From assembly GCA_021153165.1 (NCBI GenBank), contig JAGKTZ010000003.1, positions 6,506 through 70,505 of the forward strand: 64,000 nucleotides of DNA, given 5' to 3'. The notes under the pieces are model-generated. The model did not search any database and was not told the DNA's origin. It saw only the letters and a program-made list of their open reading frames with translations. The translations under genes and the position numbers were made by a program. Source of the DNA: Prevotellaceae bacterium. GTDB taxonomy: Bacteria > Bacteroidota > Bacteroidia > Bacteroidales > Bacteroidaceae. Positions 51,413 through 60,388 of this stretch are shown here, piece by piece; position 1 is the first letter of the stretch, and each line of letters begins with the position of its first letter.

Positions 51413-54400
51413 ATGATTCTATTCTTTAGAACCCCACAACAAAGCATCATCGCCACACAATGCGGCAGTATGCTCAACGAAGAAGAAGTCAAATCGCTTT
51501 GCTGGCTCTATGGCGAGGCAGAACTTCTTCAGGCAGAAACTCTGGAAGGTTGTTTCATCGGCCCACGTCGCGAAATGATTACACCATGGAGTACCAATGC
51601 CGTCGAAATCACTCAAAACATGAACATCAAGGGCATCACTCGCATCGAGGAGTATTTCCCCGTGAAAAGTGCAGATGCTGAGCACGACCCTATGTTGCAA
51701 CGTGTCTACGAAGGTTTGGATCAAAACAGCTTCACCGTAGACATTAAGCCACAACCTATTCAATATATCCAAGACCTCGAGACCTACAACGAACAAGAAG
51801 GTCTGGCGCTCTCACCAGCTGAAATCGAATACCTCCACGGCGTTGAAAAGCAATTAGGACGCAGTCTTACCGACTCAGAAGTCTTTGGTTTTGCACAAAT
51901 CAACTCAGAGCACTGCCGCCACAAGATCTTTGGTGGTTCGTTTATCATTGATGGTGAAGAAATGCCTTCGTCGCTCTTTGCAATGATCAAGAAGACTACG
52001 GCTGAAAATCCTCACAAGATCCTGTCTGCATACAAGGACAACGTCGCATTCTCTGCCGGCCCCGTGGTCGAACAATTCGCTCCGGTGGATCACTCTACCA
52101 GCGATTATTTCGTGATCAAGGACATCGAATCTGTGATCTCCCTGAAAGCTGAAACACACAACTTCCCCACAACCGTAGAACCTTTCAACGGTGCATCTAC
52201 CGGTACAGGTGGTGAAATCCGCGACCGTATGGGTGGTGGTGTCGGTTCATGGCCTATCGCAGGTACTGCTGTATATATGACATCCTACCGCAACGAATTG
52301 CGCAACGAAGCCCTCAAGGGTGCGATGAAGGAGAGAAATTGGTTGTACCAAACACCTGAGCAAATCTTGATCAAGGCTTCAAATGGTGCAAGCGACTTCG
52401 GTAATAAATTTGGTCAACCTCTGATCACAGGATCCGTACTTACCTTCGAACACCAAGAGAATGGCGAACAATATGCCTACGACAAAGTGATCATGCTCGC
52501 CGGCGGTGTGGGTTATGGTACTAAGCGCGACTGCTTGAAGGGCGAACCTAAGAAGGGCAACAAGGTCGTGATGGTCGGTGGCGAAAACTATCGCATCGGT
52601 CTCGGTGGTGGTTCGGTTTCTTCAGTAGAAACTGGTCGCTACTCAAGCGGTATCGAGCTCAACGCCGTACAACGTGCTAACCCCGAAATGCAAAAGCGTG
52701 CGAGCAACTTGGTTCGTGCACTTTGCGAAGAAGATGTGAACCCCGTAGTTAGTATCCACGACCACGGTAGTGCAGGTCACGTGAACTGTCTCTCGGAATT
52801 GGTGGAAGAATGCGGTGGTTTGATCGATATGTCTCAACTCCCCGTAGGCGACCCCACACTCTCGGCAAAAGAAATCATTGCCAACGAGAGCCAAGAACGT
52901 ATGGGCTTGCTCATCCAAGAGAAACACATCGATCACGTACGCAAGATTGCTGAACGCGAACGCGCTCCAATGTACGTAGTCGGCGAAACTACTGGCGATG
53001 CTCACTTTGCCTTCCAACAAGCCGACGGTGTGCGTCCATTCGACCTGGATGTAGCGCAAATGTTCGGTCACTCGCCAAAAACTGTCATGGTGGACGAGAC
53101 CGTAGAGCGTACTTACGAAAACGCTGCCTACGACGCCTCTGCACCAGAACAATATATTAATAATGTGCTCCGCCTCGAAGCTGTGGCTTGCAAGGACTGG
53201 TTGACCAACAAGGTAGACCGCAGTGTCACAGGTAAAGTGGCGCATCAACAGACTCAAGGTCCATTGCAGTTGCCATTGGCAGACTGTGGTGTCGTAGCTT
53301 TGGATTATCGTGGCAAGGCAGGTATTGCTACTGCTATCGGTCACGCTCCACAAGTCGGATTGGCTGATCCTGCTGCAGGTAGTGTGATGGCGGTGGCAGA
53401 AAGTTTGACCAACTTGGTATGGGCGCCTTTGGCAGACGGTCTCGACAGTGTAAGTCTCTCAGCCAACTGGATGTGGCCATGCCGCGCTCAAAAGGGTGAA
53501 GACGCACGTCTCTATAAGGGTGTACAAGCCCTCTCAGACTTCTGCTGCGAATTGGGCATCAATGTCCCCACAGGTAAGGACTCACTCTCGATGACTCAGA
53601 AATATCCCGATGGCGAAAAGGTCATCTCTCCGGGTACTGTGATCGTCAGCTCGGGTGGTGAGGTAAGCGATGTGCGCAAGGTAATTCGCCCCGTGGTGAA
53701 GAATCCTCGCAACGCCGGCGTAGGTTGCGCTTGTGGCAAGGCTAAGGATCCTCGCAACTCGGTATTGTATCACATCGACTTCTCGTTCGACCAGTTGCGC
53801 CTCGGTGGTTCGGCTTTGGCACAAAGTCTGGGCTATGTGGGCAGCGATGTACCTACGGTGAAAAATCCTGAATACTTCCGCGACGCCTTCAACGCTGTGC
53901 AACGCTGCGTCAACGAAGGTCTCCTCCTCGCTGGTCACGACATCTCAGCAGGTGGTTTGCTCACTTGTTTGCTCGAAATGTGCTTCGCTAATACCAAGGG
54001 CGGTTTGGATATCTGCCTCGATGGTTTCGCAGGCAGCGACGTCGTTCGTGCACTCTATGCCGAAAACCCCGGTGTAGTCGTTCAGGTGAATGAAAACTGC
54101 AAGGCACAATTTGAAGAAATCATGGACGAAGTTGGCGTAGGTTACCAATTGATCGGTCGCCCATCTGCAGAGCGTCGCATCCTCGTCACTAAGGATGGCA
54201 AGGAATACACCTTCTGCATCGACAGCCTGAGAGACGTATGGTATGCCACTTCACACGAACTCGATACCAAGCAAAGCTTCAACGGTTGTGCTGACCAACG
54301 TGCAGCCAACTACAAGAATCAACCATTGCGCTTTGCTATCAAGCCCGAATTCGAAGGCTCGTTTGCATCACTCGGCATCTCGCCCGAACGCCGTACGCCA

Positions 54401-55162
54401 AGCGGTGTACGCGCAGCCATCATCCGCGAAAAGGGTACCAATGGCGAACGCGAAATGGCTTATGCACTCTATCTCGCAGGCTTCGACGTGAAAGACGTCA
54501 TGATGACCGACCTGATCACCGGTCGCGAAACGCTCGACGATATCAATATGATTGTATTCTGTGGCGGATTCTCCAACTCCGACGTACTCGGCTCGGCAAA
54601 GGGATGGGCAGGCGCCTTCCTCTACAACCCCAAGGCGAAAGCAGCCCTCGACCGTTTCTATGCACGCAAGGACACCCTCTCGCTCGGTGTATGTAATGGT
54701 TGCCAGTTGATGGTGGAATTGAATCTGATCAACCCCGACCACGCACAGCGCTCACGCATGTTGCACAACGACTCTCACAAGTTTGAAAGTGCCTTTGTCG
54801 GCGTCACCGTTCCTCAAAACGAAAGCGTGATGTTTGGTTCACTCTCGGGCACCGACCTCGGCATCTGGGTAGCTCATGGTGAAGGTAAGTTTGACTTGCC
54901 TTTGGCTGAGGAAAACTACAACGTAGTGCTCAAGTACGCCTACGACCAATATCCAGGCAACCCCAATGGTTCGAAGTACAACGTCGCAGGTATTGCCAGC
55001 GCAGACGGTCGCCACTTGGCTATGATGCCTCACTTGGAACGCGCCTTCTTCCCCTGGCAAAATCCTCAATACCCCTGCTGCCGTCGCACACAGGATGTTA
55101 CGCCATGGATGGAAGCCTTCGTCAACGCTCGCCGTTGGGTCGAAGCGCACAAGGGTGAATAA
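51413..55162 (+). CDS. purL: Phosphoribosylformylglycinamidine synthase (large type)
   Basis: NSEHCRHKIF, ETHNFPT, IHDHG, GKDSLSM, HDISAGG, GVCNGCQ, MMPHLER. Confidence 0.98.
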   Translation: MILFFRTPQQSIIATQCGSMLNEEEVKSLCWLYGEAELLQAETLEGCFIGPRREMITPWSTNAVEITQNMNIKGITRIEEYFPVKSADAEHDPMLQRVYEGLDQNSFTVDIKPQPIQYIQDLETYNEQEGLALSPAEIEYLHGVEKQLGRSLTDSEVFGFAQINSEHCRHKIFGGSFIIDGEEMPSSLFAMIKKTTAENPHKILSAYKDNVAFSAGPVVEQFAPVDHSTSDYFVIKDIESVISLKAETHNFPTTVEPFNGASTGTGGEIRDRMGGGVGSWPIAGTAVYMTSYRNELRNEALKGAMKERNWLYQTPEQILIKASNGASDFGNKFGQPLITGSVLTFEHQENGEQYAYDKVIMLAGGVGYGTKRDCLKGEPKKGNKVVMVGGENYRIGLGGGSVSSVETGRYSSGIELNAVQRANPEMQKRASNLVRALCEEDVNPVVSIHDHGSAGHVNCLSELVEECGGLIDMSQLPVGDPTLSAKEIIANESQERMGLLIQEKHIDHVRKIAERERAPMYVVGETTGDAHFAFQQADGVRPFDLDVAQMFGHSPKTVMVDETVERTYENAAYDASAPEQYINNVLRLEAVACKDWLTNKVDRSVTGKVAHQQTQGPLQLPLADCGVVALDYRGKAGIATAIGHAPQVGLADPAAGSVMAVAESLTNLVWAPLADGLDSVSLSANWMWPCRAQKGEDARLYKGVQALSDFCCELGINVPTGKDSLSMTQKYPDGEKVISPGTVIVSSGGEVSDVRKVIRPVVKNPRNAGVGCACGKAKDPRNSVLYHIDFSFDQLRLGGSALAQSLGYVGSDVPTVKNPEYFRDAFNAVQRCVNEGLLLAGHDISAGGLLTCLLEMCFANTKGGLDICLDGFAGSDVVRALYAENPGVVVQVNENCKAQFEEIMDEVGVGYQLIGRPSAERRILVTKDGKEYTFCIDSLRDVWYATSHELDTKQSFNGCADQRAANYKNQPLRFAIKPEFEGSFASLGISPERRTPSGVRAAIIREKGTNGEREMAYALYLAGFDVKDVMMTDLITGRETLDDINMIVFCGGFSNSDVLGSAKGWAGAFLYNPKAKAALDRFYARKDTLSLGVCNGCQLMVELNLINPDHAQRSRMLHNDSHKFESAFVGVTVPQNESVMFGSLSGTDLGIWVAHGEGKFDLPLAEENYNVVLKYAYDQYPGNPNGSKYNVAGIASADGRHLAMMPHLERAFFPWQNPQYPCCRRTQDVTPWMEAFVNARRWVEAHKGE

Positions 55163-55193
55163 TTCCCACGCGAGTAAATACTACACATATATA

Positions 55194-55230
55194 ATAAAGC
55201 GATGCTCCACACGGGCATCGCTTTATTTGT
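55194..55230 (+). terminator. Intrinsic terminator after purL
   Basis: ATAAAGCGATGC...GCATCGCTTTAT followed by TTG. Confidence 0.8.
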
Positions 55231-55403
55231 ACCGTCAGGCGAGCATATCGACCGAAATCAGGGAGGGGGTGAGGGGTAAGGAATAATGTGCGAACAATAT
55301 ATTTTCTATAGGCATCAAAGATATGCGCTTCACAATATTTGTTTCATATAAATATAATTACTACATTTGTCATACGATTTCAACTTTAACACACAACAAG
55401 AAT

Positions 55404-56060
55404 ATGAAACGAGTATTAATCATTGCTTTGGCACTTATCAGCTGCCTTGCAGCAGAGGCACAGTTGCGTACCATCAAACCATCCCACGTCTTTAAGGTTC
55501 CGAACATCAGCAACGCAACGTATGAGAGTGGTAATTATGACGACACAGGCAATCCATTATTTTATGATTTTCACTACAACGGAACCTACTGGATGCGCAG
55601 TGGTGGCGATGTGGGCAGCATTGTGGCATCGAGCACGCTTAGTCCTCAAGGATCTGCCAACTACAGAGCAAAAAATATTTATGATTTAAACCACGAGACA
55701 GCATGGGTTGAGGGTGTAAAAGGCAATGGCGTTGGTCAATGGATTGAGTATCGAGATGTAAGTGGATGCTCAATTTCGTCAATAAAAATTCTGAACGGAT
55801 ATGTCAAGAGCGATAAGGCATGGAACGAGAATGCACGTGTCAAACGCCTCAAGGTGTATTGCAATGGCAAACCCAAATGCATCCTTGAACTTCAAAATAG
55901 CCGGTCGTTGCAGTTATTCGAAATTGATGGCGGCCTAGGCTACGATGTCGATACGATTAGATTTGAGATCCTTGATGTCTATCCTGGCTCAAAGTACCAA
56001 GACACTGCCATCTCTGAAATATACTTCGACTGTACACAATTCGACTGTGATGGCGAATAA
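55404..56060 (+). CDS. Secreted protein with discoidin/F5-8-like (NADase-type glycan-binding) domain
   Basis: Signal peptide ending AEA-Q; ASSTL, TAWVEG..G.GVGQWIEY, ILNGYVK, N.RVKRL, EILDVYPG.KYQDTAISEIYF. Confidence 0.7.
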   Translation: MKRVLIIALALISCLAAEAQLRTIKPSHVFKVPNISNATYESGNYDDTGNPLFYDFHYNGTYWMRSGGDVGSIVASSTLSPQGSANYRAKNIYDLNHETAWVEGVKGNGVGQWIEYRDVSGCSISSIKILNGYVKSDKAWNENARVKRLKVYCNGKPKCILELQNSRSLQLFEIDGGLGYDVDTIRFEILDVYPGSKYQDTAISEIYFDCTQFDCDGE

Positions 56061-56090
56061 TAGTTGGTGAACAAGTTTACACACCTCATC

Positions 56091-56132
56091 AGACTACGCT
56101 CTCCACTATCAATGGAGAGCGTAGTCTATTTC
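56091..56132 (+). terminator. Intrinsic terminator
   Basis: 15-bp perfect stem AGACTACGCTCTCCA/TGGAGAGCGTAGTCT. Confidence 0.8.
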
Positions 56133-56211
56133 TGCACTTCAGAATGGTCGTTTCCATTGTGTCGCTATTTGTATACAGCAGAAATGCAAAAAAAGGAATG
56201 AAAATTTTGAA

Positions 56212-56522
56212 TGTTCCACGCCACCCACATTTAGGCTTTTTTAAGAAAGATTAAGATTGTGTTACAACAATCATAAACGCTTTTTGAAAAACAGCTAACC
56301 ATTTTCAAACAAAGTCTAGGGAAATTTGAAAAAAGTCTTGGCTTTTTTCAAAAAGTCGGCGCGGAATTTTCACAAAATCTCACCTTTTTTCATCCAAAAA
56401 TGGGGCAAAATAAAGGGGAACTATCCGCATCTGGACAGTTCCCCACTTTCTTATCACAAAGATACGATATTTTTTTGCGAAATGCAAATCGCGATTAACA
56501 GTCGTTAAGGAAATGTTTCACG
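56212..56522 (-). repeat. Intergenic element A, copy A2
   Basis: TGTTCCACG 56212; array core 56343; hairpin 56415-56444; leader GATAAGAAAGTG; TATCTTTG 56464-56457; TTTG 56488-56485; TGTTTCACG 56514. Closely similar to A1. Confidence 0.88.
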
Positions 56523-56561
56523 CCAATGGCATTGTCGAAATGACGTGAGATGCCATCTCCC

Positions 56562-56990
56562 CTACCCTTGCGCCAATTTGGTTTGGTAAGCCAAAGCATA
56601 CATGCGCATCTGCTTCACCATCGCCAGAAGCCCGTTGCTACGGGTGGGCGAAAGGTGCTCGGACAGACCGATCTTGTCTATGAAGTAAAGGTCGGCTTCC
56701 AGAATTTCCTGGGGCGTATGTCCGCTCAACACGCGCATCAGAAGAACAGCAATACCCTTGACAATCAGAGCATCGCTCTCGGCACGATATTCCAGGACCC
56801 CATCCACTTCGTCGCACACCAACCACACGCGGCTCTGGCAACCTTCGATCAGGTTGGCATCCACCTTTTCATCCTCGGACAGGTCGTCTTCGTCCTCGCC
56901 CAAATCGATAAGGAGCTGGTAGCGGTCCATCCAGTCATCCAGCAATGTGAAGTCTTCGATAATCTCGTCTTGAAGTTCGTTGATAGTCAT
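56562..56990 (-). CDS. sufE: SufE-family sulfur acceptor
   Basis: WMDRYQLLIDLG, GCQSRVW, SDALIVKG, LSPTRSNGL. Confidence 0.93.
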   Translation of the reverse strand: MTINELQDEIIEDFTLLDDWMDRYQLLIDLGEDEDDLSEDEKVDANLIEGCQSRVWLVCDEVDGVLEYRAESDALIVKGIAVLLMRVLSGHTPQEILEADLYFIDKIGLSEHLSPTRSNGLLAMVKQMRMYALAYQTKLAQG

Positions 56991-57021
56991 ATTACGTCTA
57001 TATTATGTGTTGTAAGAAGCA

Positions 57022-58044
57022 TTAAAAAACCTCGCTGCCGAGCACCTGTATCAGGGTTTGTCCCACTGCGCCCAGGACCTCGCGCGAAATATGCTCGGGA
57101 GTATCGTTCACCGTGTGCCATGTGGCAGAGAATCCGCCCTGTGGGCCAGCCAAACAGGGGATGATGTCTATGGTCGGCACACCCAAATATTGATTGATGG
57201 GCAGGTGATCGTCGATAGCTACCGAACCGTCTTCGTAGAGGAAATACTTGTCTGCTCCCACCGCCTCGGCAGCACTCCATACTTTGGTCATGATGGACGA
57301 AGCATACTGCATCGAGTAGTATTCGCGGCAGAAGCGTGCGTCCTTGCCACCCACCATATCAAGCAGAATACCATACTCTGCACGATAGCCTGCTACATGT
57401 GGATTTTGCGCCCAATATTGTGAGCCCAGACACCAGTCGCTGCCGTCCTGTGGAGCACCCTCTTCACCCCAATAAGGAGCGCCATAGTCCTCCATATCGA
57501 AGCAGATGAAATCTATCCCATATTGAGGTTGCAAGTCCTTCAACAATCTCGCCACTTCGAGCATCACTGCCACGCCGCTGGCACCATCGTTGGCACCCAT
57601 CACGGGCTTTTTGTGATTGGCTTCGTCGGCATCAGCGTCGCACCAAGGTCGGCAGTCCCAGTGAGCACAAAGCAATACACGCTTCTCGGCTTCTGGCTTA
57701 TACGAAGCTATGATGTTGCGACAGGGCAACGTCTTGCCATCCCAGGTATTGACCTGTGCGTGTTGTTCCGTCACCTGCAACTTGTAATGTTTGAATTGCT
57801 CGACAATATAATCGCCACACTTTTTGTGAGCCGCCGACTCGGGCGTACGAGGACCAAAGTCGCATTGCTTTTGTACGAATGCGAAGGCCGAATCTACATT
57901 AAACGTCACTGATACCTTCTGCTCTGTTGGTGTCGTAGTAGTCTGCTCGGCCTGAGACGTAGCACTATTTTTACTACCACAAGCCAAGAGTGAAAAGACT
58001 GTGACGAGGGTAAAGCATAGACTGATGTGCGCGAAATATTTCAT
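57022..58044 (-). CDS. M28-fold lipoprotein, probable glutaminyl cyclase
   Basis: Lipobox LLAC; FGPR; AHWD; GANDGASGVA; FDMEDYG; LLDMVG; DDH; WHTVND. Confidence 0.8.
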   Translation of the reverse strand: MKYFAHISLCFTLVTVFSLLACGSKNSATSQAEQTTTTPTEQKVSVTFNVDSAFAFVQKQCDFGPRTPESAAHKKCGDYIVEQFKHYKLQVTEQHAQVNTWDGKTLPCRNIIASYKPEAEKRVLLCAHWDCRPWCDADADEANHKKPVMGANDGASGVAVMLEVARLLKDLQPQYGIDFICFDMEDYGAPYWGEEGAPQDGSDWCLGSQYWAQNPHVAGYRAEYGILLDMVGGKDARFCREYYSMQYASSIMTKVWSAAEAVGADKYFLYEDGSVAIDDHLPINQYLGVPTIDIIPCLAGPQGGFSATWHTVNDTPEHISREVLGAVGQTLIQVLGSEVF

Positions 58045-58082
58045 AACCTGATGTGTCGTAGGATAGGGTTTATTGAGATTAA

Positions 58083-59861
58083 TTATTGGTCTGCATATCC
58101 GCTTTGAAAGAGCGTGTTGTATTGTGCACGACTCATCACGCGAACAAAGTTGCCGCCCCACAATTTGCGCAGGGAGCGTTCGTTCAATCCCTCTGCCATG
58201 AGTCGGCGTGTCAGCGACAGATAGTCGGCTGCCGTACGCAATCCGCGCACACCGCCGTCGCCGTCGAAGTCCGAACCGATGCCTACGTGCTCGATGCCTG
58301 CCACGTCGATCAAGTGCATTATGTGTCGCACGGCATCGTCGATCGTTGCTTCGCCAGATTCGACCAGGAATCCCTCGTAGAAGGTGGCTTGCACCACGCC
58401 GCCCTTTTCTGCCAAGGCGCGTACTTGGTCGTCGGTCAGATTGCGGGGATGATTGCACAATGCTTTGGATGACGAGTGCGAGCAAAGCACGGGGCGTGTC
58501 GAGACTTCGAGTGTTTGATAGAAGGTCTCCTCTGAAGCGTGCGACAAGTCGATCATCATGCCCACGCGGTTCATTTCAGCGACCACTTGCTTGCCAAATT
58601 CGCTCAAGCCGCCATGCTCACGCTTCGAGCGACTTGCCGAGTCGCAAATATCATTGTCGCCGTTGTGACAGAGCGTCATGTAGACTACGCCATCCTTGCG
58701 ATAGCGCTCGATATTGCTCAGGTCCCTGCCAATGGCATAACCATTTTCGATACCAAGCATGATGGATTTGCGATTAAGCATTTTATTATTGAAAAGGTCC
58801 TTTGGGATAGTGGCTATTTGCACACTATACGAAGCCTCGACCTGTCGGCGAATTTCTGCCAGGATACGATCTGTTGTCATCGTTGCTTCAAGTAGTTCGT
58901 CAGCGCTTCTGCCTCCTTGTGGCAAATAGGCGGCCATCACAGCGGCATCCAGGGCGCCGTCGTACATCTTGTACAGGTCGACACAACTATTCGTATTGCG
59001 CTTGCACAATTCAACACCTTGATCAAATACCATCGGCGTATCGCAGTGTGAATCCAGGGTCAAGACGCGACGATGCACTTCACGCGCCTTGCGATACGAT
59101 TCAGCCTCTTGCACGAAGTGTTGGAACAACGGCATCATGCGACGGTCGTTGTTCATAATAAAGGATTCGGGATGCCATTGCACGCCCCAAATACTCTTCA
59201 TTTCGTTGGACTCTACAGCTTCTGCCACACCATCGGCAGATCGGGCAGTGATACGTAGTTTCGGGCCGCCGTCTTTTACTGCTTGATGGTGGAAAGAATT
59301 GACGGCAAACTCGGTGCCGAGCAATTTTGCTACGAGCGAGTCGCTATCGGCCTGAACACGATGCGTCGGGGTGAAGCGAGGCGCATCTTGACTGTGCTTG
59401 ATCAGATAGCCGCCGTCGTGTTCTGCAGCAGTATCCTGATAGACTTTACCCCCCAGAGCAGCCACGATGACCTGCACGCCGCGGCAGATACCAAACATTG
59501 GCAGTCCGCAGTCGTAGGCTAGACGTACGGCGAGCAGTTCCACCTTGTCGCGCGCCGAGTTGATACCTCCGAGTTGCGGCAAGGGATCTTCGCCCCAATA
59601 CAGTGGGTTGACGTCGGCACCACCCGAGATCATCAGTCCATCGATGCGTGCCAGCAGATTGTACAGTTGAGACGGATTGTCCACTGGGGGAATGACCACT
59701 GGCATACCACCTGCTGCTTCGATGCTGCGGTAGTAGGCTTCTGCCAGTTCGCTACCCTTGGCGCCATAATTGCCCATGATACCGATCAAGGGATAGGCGC
59801 GCTGAGTGGGATAGTGGCTGGTCAGTTCGCGATAGGTGGTATTAATGTCAAATGAGTCCAT
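58083..59861 (-). CDS. Fusion of C26 gamma-glutamyl hydrolase and M19 membrane dipeptidase
   Basis: GICRG, VNSFHHQA, VQWHPE, then DSHCD, GIENG, IDLSH, SHS, GSDFDG. Confidence 0.9.
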   Translation of the reverse strand: MDSFDINTTYRELTSHYPTQRAYPLIGIMGNYGAKGSELAEAYYRSIEAAGGMPVVIPPVDNPSQLYNLLARIDGLMISGGADVNPLYWGEDPLPQLGGINSARDKVELLAVRLAYDCGLPMFGICRGVQVIVAALGGKVYQDTAAEHDGGYLIKHSQDAPRFTPTHRVQADSDSLVAKLLGTEFAVNSFHHQAVKDGGPKLRITARSADGVAEAVESNEMKSIWGVQWHPESFIMNNDRRMMPLFQHFVQEAESYRKAREVHRRVLTLDSHCDTPMVFDQGVELCKRNTNSCVDLYKMYDGALDAAVMAAYLPQGGRSADELLEATMTTDRILAEIRRQVEASYSVQIATIPKDLFNNKMLNRKSIMLGIENGYAIGRDLSNIERYRKDGVVYMTLCHNGDNDICDSASRSKREHGGLSEFGKQVVAEMNRVGMMIDLSHASEETFYQTLEVSTRPVLCSHSSSKALCNHPRNLTDDQVRALAEKGGVVQATFYEGFLVESGEATIDDAVRHIMHLIDVAGIEHVGIGSDFDGDGGVRGLRTAADYLSLTRRLMAEGLNERSLRKLWGGNFVRVMSRAQYNTLFQSGYADQ

Positions 59862-59926
59862 AGTGTGTAGATTGCAAATGGAATAGTGTTGATAGCAGGC
59901 AAAGCCTTTTTTGCGTCGCTCTTACT

Positions 59927-60223
59927 CTAATATTTACGTTTAGGATTTCGTGGGAACCACCCCTTTTCCACGCGTTTCTTTTGGTCAAACAGTTCCTTAA
60001 TGGTCCAGAATGATGAAAATCCCACAATACTGAGCAGGGCGCTCCAAAAGAGATCTTTGATCAGCAACGCCGCTGCGGAGCAAACGAGTCCCAGTACGAG
60101 AAAAATCCACCAAGGGCGCGTACCAAAATGGTATTCTGTCTTTATCACGATGGGGTGAAACAGACCGATGGTCAGAAATGTGGCAGCGCCCAATAGTACG
60201 CCTTGCCAAGTCAGGTCAAGCAT
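59927..60223 (-). CDS. DUF4491-like small membrane protein
   Basis: IGLFHPIVIKTEYHFG...ELFDQKKRVEKGWFPRNPKR. Confidence 0.8.
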   Translation of the reverse strand: MLDLTWQGVLLGAATFLTIGLFHPIVIKTEYHFGTRPWWIFLVLGLVCSAAALLIKDLFWSALLSIVGFSSFWTIKELFDQKKRVEKGWFPRNPKRKY

Positions 60224-60289
60224 AGTGTAGAGCTCAGTTGATTTTTGTGTCGCGTTGATTGAGATATTTTCTTTCTTGATTTGGAAAGG

Positions 60290-60388
60290 AAAAACGAGGC
60301 AAGTTCTTTTCTTAAAAAAGTCTTAGCTCGTTTAAAAAGGGTCTTGTTTTTTTCAAACAAGGTCTACCTTTTTTTCAAGAAGGTCTTT
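60290..60388. repeat. 21-bp-period A/T-tract array
   Basis: GTCTW recurs at 60320, 60341, 60362 and 60383, between A- and T-tracts. Confidence 0.88.

Noticed and set aside
55260-55282. G-quadruplex after purL
   Set aside because: The fourth G-run has only two G; single occurrence with no supporting context.
7391-56522. True parS sites or origin region
   Set aside because: Only half-sites are present; I saw no full 16-bp palindrome and no parAB or dnaA.
58045-58485. N-terminal extension of the M28/QC ORF
   Set aside because: It overlaps the upstream gene in another frame; the lipoprotein signal starts at 58044.
58083-59861. C26-M19 fusion as a novelty
   Set aside because: This fusion is familiar from Bacteroidales genomes.
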